From Kiritimatiellia bacterium (GTDB lineage: Bacteria; Verrucomicrobiota; Kiritimatiellia; RFP12; DVOR01), in the NCBI GenBank assembly GCA_017558005.1, contig JAFYWN010000014.1, positions 17,902 through 81,901 of the forward strand: a stretch of DNA of 64,000 bases, in the 5' to 3' direction. Under the pieces are notes generated by a model, which ran no database searches, was not told the origin of the DNA, and worked only from the letters and a program-made list of their open reading frames with translations. Positions 57,937-64,000 of this stretch are shown here, piece by piece. Position numbers and translations under genes: made by a program. Numbering within the stretch: position 1 is the first letter of the stretch; each line of letters begins with the position of its first letter.

Positions 57937-58737
57937 ATGGCGGTGCCAGAGATGGATGAGGGCGCACAGGCGTTTTATTGGAATTCGATTTCCGATATGT
58001 ACCGCGAGATTACGCGGATTGATGATCAGGATTTTCATTATGGGCCACTCTTGGCAGGCGAAAGCGAATTGCAGTTGTTGCCACCGCTGAAGGCGGGGAT
58101 GACCTCGTTGGAATTGGGGTGCGGCGAGGGGCAGAATAGCCGTTGGTTGGCACGTCAGGGTCTAGACTGCGTGGCAGTGGATATCTCTGAGGGCCAACTC
58201 GCCTACGCGCGCAAGGATGCCGAAGCCGAGGGGCTTGAGATTGATTTTCGTTGCGCTTCGGTGGAGCAGTTTGACCCCGCAGGCGCGACCTTTGATTTAA
58301 TCACGAGCTCGCACGCCTTTGAATTTGTCGCAGATCCCTTTGAACAGGTGAAGCGCATCGCAGGGTGGTTGAAGCCCGGCGGCACCTTGATGATTTCCAC
58401 CGTCCACCCTGTTTACAATGGTGAATGGGTCTCCGCAGAGGAGGAGGATGGCTCGGAGACGTGGGGCCGTCTGCTGATTAATTACTTTAGGCCGATTGAT
58501 GATGTTCGCGAACAGCCCACTGGTGAGGGTGTGCCCGTTATCTCACGCGCCTATCCTGTGAGTGCGTGGTTTAATGCCTTTCGCGCGGCTGGCTTGGTGG
58601 TCGAACGCCTTGAGGAGCCGCCCGCTTCTGAAACGCCTGCGTATGCCTCGGAGGATTGGTTGGAGGCGATGGATGAATGTGCCGCCGTGCCCACGACGAT
58701 TATCATCGTGGGGCGTAAGCCAATCGTCGCATCGTAA
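57937..58737 (+). CDS. class I SAM-dependent methyltransferase
   Basis: Motif I LELGCGEGQNSRWLA and post-I CVAVDIS are present. ATG 57937 immediately follows the NUDIX stop. Confidence 0.8.
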   Translation: MAVPEMDEGAQAFYWNSISDMYREITRIDDQDFHYGPLLAGESELQLLPPLKAGMTSLELGCGEGQNSRWLARQGLDCVAVDISEGQLAYARKDAEAEGLEIDFRCASVEQFDPAGATFDLITSSHAFEFVADPFEQVKRIAGWLKPGGTLMISTVHPVYNGEWVSAEEEDGSETWGRLLINYFRPIDDVREQPTGEGVPVISRAYPVSAWFNAFRAAGLVVERLEEPPASETPAYASEDWLEAMDECAAVPTTIIIVGRKPIVAS

Positions 58738-58757
58738 GGTAACTCAGGTGGCGTGAG

Positions 58758-59819
58758 ATGAAACCTGGCATTGAAACGTGGCTCGCAACCGCTAACCCCG
58801 CCTGGCGGGTGGGTCTGCTCTCGCATCAAGCCGCCTTGTTAAGCACGGGAGAAACCTCCGCGCAGGCGATGCGACGAGTCTTCGGTGCCAATTTTAAGGC
58901 GTTGTTTGGTCCAGAGCATGGCTACTTCGGTGTGGCCGCCGCCGGCGAAAAGATGGCGCACCAATCGCACCCGCACTGGGGCATCCCCGTCTATTCGCTC
59001 TATGGTGAGTACAGAAAGCCCACCGCAGAGATGTTGGCAGGGCTGGATTACTTGGTGGTAGACTTGCAGGATTTGGGGGTGCGGTGTTACACCTACTTGG
59101 CTACGTTGCTCTTGGCCTTAGAAGCCTGCGCAGAGCAGGGAGTGCAGTGTGTGGTGTGTGATCGCCCGGTGCCGTTTCATACGTTGGAGGAGGGGCCCAT
59201 TGCTGAGGCGGAACACTTCTCCTTCGTTGCGCCGTGTGCACTGCCCTTTGTGCATGGTCGCACGCATACTGAAGTGGCTACATGGCGGGGTGCAGACTTT
59301 ATCCCCGCGCCAATGGTGGGATATGACGAACGCTTTACCTTTGAGCGCCCCGCGGGTTTGCCCGAGTTTTTGCCACCGAGCCCCGCTATTCGCACGTGGG
59401 AAACGGCGCGACTCTATCCAGCTTTAGTCTTTGCTGAAGCATTGCCACAGTATGACATCGGGCGCAATAGTGCGATGGCGTTTCGGATGTTGGGCGCGCC
59501 GTGGATGGAGGGCGAAACCTTTGCTGCGGCATTTAATCGCCTTGCCGTGCCAGGCGTGCGCGCCTTTGACTTTACGCAGGGCACAACAGGTGGAGCGGTC
59601 CGCTTTGTGATTACGGATCAACAGACCTATCGCCCATGGCAAACCGCCTGCACGCTCTTGGCATTGTTGCGTGAACACTACGGAGACGAACACCTCTTTG
59701 CGCATCCAGAGGCTCGTCCTGCATGGATGACGAAGCTTTGTGGTTCGCGCACCTGGCAGGAAATGTTCACGGATTTGCGGATTGATGCCCCTGAAAAGAG
59801 TCGTACAGACCTCATCTAA
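58758..59819 (+). CDS. DUF1343-family protein (NamZ-like exo-beta-N-acetylmuramidase)
   Basis: FGPEHGYFGVAAAGEKM and VVDLQDLGVRCYTY are typical of DUF1343 proteins. Confidence 0.75.
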   Translation: MKPGIETWLATANPAWRVGLLSHQAALLSTGETSAQAMRRVFGANFKALFGPEHGYFGVAAAGEKMAHQSHPHWGIPVYSLYGEYRKPTAEMLAGLDYLVVDLQDLGVRCYTYLATLLLALEACAEQGVQCVVCDRPVPFHTLEEGPIAEAEHFSFVAPCALPFVHGRTHTEVATWRGADFIPAPMVGYDERFTFERPAGLPEFLPPSPAIRTWETARLYPALVFAEALPQYDIGRNSAMAFRMLGAPWMEGETFAAAFNRLAVPGVRAFDFTQGTTGGAVRFVITDQQTYRPWQTACTLLALLREHYGDEHLFAHPEARPAWMTKLCGSRTWQEMFTDLRIDAPEKSRTDLI

Positions 59820-59906
59820 TCCATCCTCTTTACCTTTAATAGGAGAGGGTGAAAAAACGAAAAAGTAACTTTTTTCAAAAAAAATTAAAAAAATGAAAAA
59901 AAGTGC

Positions 59907-59935
59907 TTGCATCAAAAATTTTATTGTTGTATAAT
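59907..59935 (+). promoter_or_regulatory. strong sigma70-like promoter of the tRNA pair (TTGCAT-17-TATAAT) with A/T-rich UP-like region
   Basis: The -35 is at 59907-59912 and the -10 at 59930-59935. About 80 bp of A-tracts lie upstream. The tRNA starts 15 nt after the -10. Confidence 0.55.
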
Positions 59936-59949
59936 GTGCCCCGTTTTAA

Positions 59950-60026
59950 GCGCCTCTAGCTCAATTGGATAGAGCATCTGACTACGGATCAGAAGGTTGG
60001 AGGTTCAAATCCTCCGAGGCGCGCCA
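59950..60026 (+). tRNA. tRNA-Arg (anticodon ACG)
   Basis: A 77-nt cloverleaf folded by hand: acceptor GCGCCTC/GAGGCGC, D-stem GCTC/GAGC, anticodon stem TCTGA/TCAGA with loop CTACGGA, T-arm GGAGG-TTCAAAT-CCTCC, and an encoded CCA. Confidence 0.9.
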
Positions 60027-60037
60027 TTCTCCCACAT

Positions 60038-60114
<77 letters not shown>

Positions 60115-60122
60115 ATTTCCTA

Positions 60123-60156
60123 AAAGCCGACTGAGAAGTCGGCTTTCTTTGTTTTT
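60123..60156 (+). terminator. rho-independent terminator after the tRNA pair
   Basis: Hairpin AAAGCCGAC-tgagaa-GTCGGCTTT followed by CTTTGTTTTT. Confidence 0.7.
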
Positions 60157-60204
60157 ACACCCCACGGCTTCACAGAGGAGGGCGGCTTCTTTAGCAGTCT
60201 TCTG

Positions 60205-60700
60205 CCAGGGGTGCCATGAGGCGAGCACCTGCGAGGCGGCCTAAATAATCTATCTGATAATCTATTCATAATCTATCTGACAGGCGGGCCGTTGCCCGTC
60301 TCACCTATCTTCTATGCTTTTAGTCTATCCATCGATGGAGGCTTTCTTACTTCAGGATAGATAAGGCAGGCAACGGCCTGCCGCTCAGATAGGTGATTGA
60401 TAGATAAGCGGCTCCGCCGCGGATACCATGAGGCGCCATCTGCGAGGCGGCCTAAATAATCTATCTGATAATCTATCCATAATCTATCTGACAGACGGGC
60501 CGTTGCCCGTCTCATCTATCTCTATCCCGTCTCATCTATATTTTAATGAAGCCTTGTCCGCGCTGGATAGATGAGGTAGGGGTGCTGTATAAGCATGAGA
60601 CGCCACCTGCGAGGCGGCCCTAATAATCGATCTGATAATCTATCCATAATCTATCTGATAGGCGGGCCGTTGCCCGTCTCATCTATCCCATCTCTTCATC
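60205..60700. repeat. REP-D family: three direct about 95 bp units plus inverted partial copies
   Basis: The unit CCATGAGGCG..CTGCGAGGCGGCCTAAATAATCTATCTGATAATCTAT(T/C)CATAATCTATCTGACAG(G/A)CGGGCCGTTGCCCGTCTCA(C/T)CTATCT occurs at about 60214-60310, 60426-60520 and 60594-60690. An inverted relative lies at about 60355-60412. The hairpin is AGACGGGC-cgtt-GCCCGTCT. Confidence 0.8.
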
Positions 60701-60884
60701 TCTCCCTCTCTCTCTCATCTATCTCTCGATGCTTTTCGCCCCCTAGCCTCTATGGCGCAGCCACCCATCCCTCTCCCGCACCCTCTCTGTGGGAAGCGCT
60801 GTTTTATTGGGAAAAGTGTGGATAATGTTTCCCATTTGGCAGAAAATATGATTTAATATTACGGAATAACGAAAAGAGGCTAAA

Positions 60885-62162
60885 ATGCTTGATATTAAGC
60901 GTATACGTGAAACTCCCGATGAAGTTCGTGAAGGTTTGAAGCGCCGTTGGATGGACCCGGCGTTGGTGGATGCGGCGTTGGAACTTGACACACGCCGTCG
61001 CACGCTCGTAACAGAGGTGGATTCGCTCAAGGCGAAGCGCAATGAAGTGTCGAAGTCGATCGGTGTCCGCGTGAAGGCGGGCGAAGATGTGACGGCGATT
61101 AAGGATGAAATGCGCGCGCTGGGCGATGAAATCGCGGCAAAGGATGCCGAAATTCGCACGGTGGAGGAGGACTTCCGCGCGGCGATGTTGCGCATTCCGA
61201 ATGTGCCGAATAAGGACATCGCGACGGGCCCCGACAGCTCTTGTAATCGTGACGTGCGTCACGTGGGCGAAGAACGTGTCTTTGATTTTGAACCGCTTGA
61301 CCATATCGCCCTCGGCGAAAAGTTGGGCATCTTTGATTTTCCGCGCGGCGTGAAGTTGACGGGTACAGGCTTCCCGATTCTCTTGGGGCAGGGGGCAAAG
61401 TTGCAGCGTGCCTTGATTCAGTACATGCTTGACTTGCACACGCAGCAACAAGGCTACACTGAAATGTTGCCGCCCTTCGTGGTGAACACGGCCTCCATGA
61501 TTGGCACGGGCCAATTGCCGAAGATGCAGGATGATATGTACCACTGCGAAGTGGACGATTTCTGGTTGATCCCCACCGCAGAAGTGCCGGTGACCAACTA
61601 CTACCGCGATGATATCTTGGATGCCGCCCAACTCCCTGTGAAGATGACGGCTTACACACCGTGCTTCCGTCGTGAGGCAGGTTCGGCAGGTAAGGATACG
61701 CGTGGCATCCTGCGCGTGCACCAGTTTGACAAGGTGGAAATGGTGAAGTTTGTGGATCCGGCCACCTCGTATGACGAACTCGAAAGCCTGGTGAAGGACG
61801 CAGAAGATGTGTTGACCGGCTTGGGGCTCAACTTCCGCGTGTTGGAACTCTGCTCTGGCGACATCTCGTTCTCTGCCGCGAAGTGCTACGACATTGAACT
61901 GTGGGCACCTGGCCAGAAGGCATGGCTGGAGGTCTCCAGTTGCTCGAACTTTGAAAGCTTCCAGGCGCGTCGTGCGAATATTCGCTTCCGCGGCCCTGAT
62001 GGTAAGCCCACCTTTGTGCACACGCTCAATGGCTCGGGTGTTGCCTTGCCGCGTTTGATGATCGCTATTCTCGAACAGTGCCAACAGGCAGACGGTTCGG
62101 TGTTGTTGCCTGAAGCAATTCGTCCCTACATGGGCACGGATCGTCTCGTACCGGTGAAGTAA
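60885..62162 (+). CDS. serS: serine--tRNA ligase
   Basis: It has the N-terminal coiled-coil MLDIKRIRETPDEV and class II motifs (FRREAGSAGKDTRGILRVHQFDKVE, GSGVALPRLMIAILE). Confidence 0.95.
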   Translation: MLDIKRIRETPDEVREGLKRRWMDPALVDAALELDTRRRTLVTEVDSLKAKRNEVSKSIGVRVKAGEDVTAIKDEMRALGDEIAAKDAEIRTVEEDFRAAMLRIPNVPNKDIATGPDSSCNRDVRHVGEERVFDFEPLDHIALGEKLGIFDFPRGVKLTGTGFPILLGQGAKLQRALIQYMLDLHTQQQGYTEMLPPFVVNTASMIGTGQLPKMQDDMYHCEVDDFWLIPTAEVPVTNYYRDDILDAAQLPVKMTAYTPCFRREAGSAGKDTRGILRVHQFDKVEMVKFVDPATSYDELESLVKDAEDVLTGLGLNFRVLELCSGDISFSAAKCYDIELWAPGQKAWLEVSSCSNFESFQARRANIRFRGPDGKPTFVHTLNGSGVALPRLMIAILEQCQQADGSVLLPEAIRPYMGTDRLVPVK

Positions 62163-62166
62163 CGCC

Positions 62167-62730
62167 ATGGCTAAGACTGTTGGACCCTTGCAGATGTGCC
62201 ACTGGGGCAATCCGATCCTTCGGAAGCCCTGCTTTCCCGTGGAAGTGATTACCGAAGAACTGCGCCATTTGGCAGTTGACATGATTGAAACCATGTACAG
62301 TGCCAATGGCGTCGGTCTCGCCGCACCGCAGATTGGCCGTAGCGAACGCCTCTGTGTGATTGATGTGCCAGAAGATGCCGAGAAGGAAGAATACGTGGAG
62401 GTGAACGCCTCTATCCCGATGCCGCTCGTGATGTTCAATCCCGAAATCCTCTCGAAGGAGGGTGAACAGATCGATGAGGAGGGGTGTCTCTCCTTCCCGT
62501 CAATCCACGCCCCCGTAACGCGCGCCGATAAGGTCTCCTTCACCTTCGCGGATATCAATGGTCAACGTCAAATATACACCGCCTATGGTCTCCTCGCGCG
62601 CGCCGTGCAGCATGAGTTGGAACACCTGAATGGCGGTGTCTTCATTGACAATGTCACCGATAAGACGAAGATTGACGCAAAGCTTGAGAAGTTAGCAGCC
62701 AAGACCAAGCGTAAACTCGGCCTCGCCTAA
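62167..62730 (+). CDS. def: peptide deformylase
   Basis: The three motifs are GVGLAAPQIG, EGCLSFP and HELEHLNG. Confidence 0.95.
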   Translation: MAKTVGPLQMCHWGNPILRKPCFPVEVITEELRHLAVDMIETMYSANGVGLAAPQIGRSERLCVIDVPEDAEKEEYVEVNASIPMPLVMFNPEILSKEGEQIDEEGCLSFPSIHAPVTRADKVSFTFADINGQRQIYTAYGLLARAVQHELEHLNGGVFIDNVTDKTKIDAKLEKLAAKTKRKLGLA

Positions 62731-62753
62731 TCGCTCCGTCTTCGCCAAAGACC

Positions 62754-62789
62754 GCGCAGACGGATACCCTTCCGCCTGCGCTTCTTTTT
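62754..62789 (+). terminator. rho-independent terminator after def
   Basis: Hairpin GCGCAGACGG-...-CCGCCTGCGC (one mismatch) followed by TTCTTTTT. Confidence 0.55.
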
Positions 62790-62880
62790 ACCCTGTGCTC
62801 AGAGAATTTCAAAAAAAGAATCCTTCTCACCGCTTAAACGCATCGGCATAATTGATTTGAATCACCTTGGAGTTTTTTGG

Positions 62881-63858
62881 ATGAAAACGTTCCTGCAGAT
62901 GAAATTCGTGCTGGCACTCCTCTTGGGGTGCGGCGGCTTGTGCGGTTGGGCACATGCAGAGATGCGCTTGACCCTCTTAAAGGAGGAGGCGCTGACTGCA
63001 GTGTTTCATGCCGAAGCAGAGACGCTCTCTCATGAAAAGCCCCTCGTGGGGACGTTGGAAATCACGGGGCCTGCCACGGAGGAGGTCTCCATCCCCGACC
63101 TGCGGGACCGTTTTCGGGGCTTTACCTTTGTGGAAGACTTTTCTGCAGGGCGCACTGAAGTCGCAGGGAAAGCACGCGCGCGGTGGCGTTTTCGTCTCAC
63201 GCCGGGTGCGGAGGGACCGTGGAGCCTGCGTCCCTTTGTGGTAACAATCAAAAATACGCGCACGGGGGCGCTCACTCAAAAACTCACGGCGTTGGTTGAG
63301 TTTCCGGCACCGCCGCCCTTGGCTATTGCAACAGGCGCGATTGAAGCGGAGTTGGAACCCGAATGGGTTGCGCCAGGTTGGCGTACGATTGGTTCGTGGG
63401 TCTTGATTACAGGGGGCATTATTGGCGCGCTCGCCGCACTCTGGCCGCTGATGCGTCGCATCCGCCGCACGCTTCATGAGCGCACGCTTTCGCCTGAAGC
63501 CCGCGCCAAGTTGGAACTTGACCGTCTGCTCGCCGAGAATCTCCTAGCCCAAGGTCAATTCAAACGGTTCTATTATGGCCTCACGGGCGTGGTGCGTCGT
63601 TACTTTGAGCGTGGCTATGCGCTTCGCGCCACCCGTCAAACCACTCAGGAATTTCTTGCCGCCATTGCAGCAGATGCGCGTGTAAGCGCAGAAGAGCGTG
63701 CCGCCTTGGCCCAATTCCTCACCGCCGCCGATGCGATCAAATTTGCGGGCATTGATGCCACGGTCGCAGAAGCAGAGGCCGCCACCCGTCACGTCACCAC
63801 CTTGTTGCAAGAAGCCGCCGCCCACCGCTTGCAAGCAGAGACGGCGCAGGGGCAGTAA
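62881..63858 (+). CDS. membrane protein, BatD/DUF4381-like (weak assignment)
   Basis: It has a signal-like N-terminus MKTFLQMKFVLALLLGCGGLCGWAHA, a central TM helix IGSWVLITGGIIGALAALWPLM followed by RRIRR, and a C-terminal LTAADAIKFAG resembling DUF4381 tails. The start is chosen at ATG 62881 rather than TTG 62857. Confidence 0.55.
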   Translation: MKTFLQMKFVLALLLGCGGLCGWAHAEMRLTLLKEEALTAVFHAEAETLSHEKPLVGTLEITGPATEEVSIPDLRDRFRGFTFVEDFSAGRTEVAGKARARWRFRLTPGAEGPWSLRPFVVTIKNTRTGALTQKLTALVEFPAPPPLAIATGAIEAELEPEWVAPGWRTIGSWVLITGGIIGALAALWPLMRRIRRTLHERTLSPEARAKLELDRLLAENLLAQGQFKRFYYGLTGVVRRYFERGYALRATRQTTQEFLAAIAADARVSAEERAALAQFLTAADAIKFAGIDATVAEAEAATRHVTTLLQEAAAHRLQAETAQGQ

Positions 63859-64000
63859 GCGCGCCGCGCCGCTTTGGGGCCTTTTAGGACGTCGCTCAGT
63901 TCGCGCAATAAGCGCGCAGGGGAGGCGTCCTTTATTGTTCCCCAAAAAACACCACAATGAGTGGCGCACTTTTTAGCCCCCTGCGTCCAAGAGGTGCACC

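Noticed and set aside
62787-62801. 15-mer GCTCAGAGAATTTCA shared with the palindrome array (54601 and 54667).
   Set aside because: A single 15-mer coincidence is within chance expectation for a 64 kb window searched on both strands, roughly one to a few. No palindrome accompanies it here.
63958-64000. Possible start of a further + strand gene (ATGAGTGGCGCAC...).
   Set aside because: Only 14 codons are visible before the window ends. There is no recognisable motif or clear RBS.

Overview
Bacterial chromosomal window. All 35 protein genes and 2 tRNA genes I accept lie on the + strand. I cannot assign a taxon. Giant secreted proteins built from LamG-like lectin domains and autotransporter-associated beta-strand (PATR-like) repeats suggest a PVC/FCB-type host-associated bacterium, but that is inference only.

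Housekeeping blocks:
- GH89 alpha-N-acetylglucosaminidase (5' partial), dut, hemL
- coaD, yceD, rpmF, plsX, fabD, fabG, acpP
- PTS-EIIA/CBS protein plus ClC channel
- thrS, infC, an SDR gene, hom, aspartate kinase
- ymdB-like, dinG-like
- CDF transporter, NUDIX, methyltransferase, DUF1343/NamZ
- tRNA-Arg, tRNA-Met
- serS, def

A roughly 28 kb accessory island (about 9.8-38.2 kb) interrupts these blocks. Its order is REP array, RAYT-like HUH/Y1 transposase gene, REP array, low-GC AAA+/DUF4143 ATPase cassette, two tandem paralogous giant secreted proteins (2,989 aa and 4,467 aa, the larger carrying an embedded SGNH esterase domain), REP array, second RAYT-like gene, REP array.

At least four families of REP/REPIN-like palindromic repeats are present. 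Two of them each flank their own RAYT-like gene.

Other notable non-coding structures:
- An AT-rich roughly 0.7 kb island between hemL and coaD with about 22 bp iterons and DnaA-box-like 9-mers (origin-like).
- A phased array of six TTTCA-N-TGAAA palindromes upstream of the CDF transporter.

All coordinates, repeat counts and motif matches were read by eye. No database search or computation was possible.
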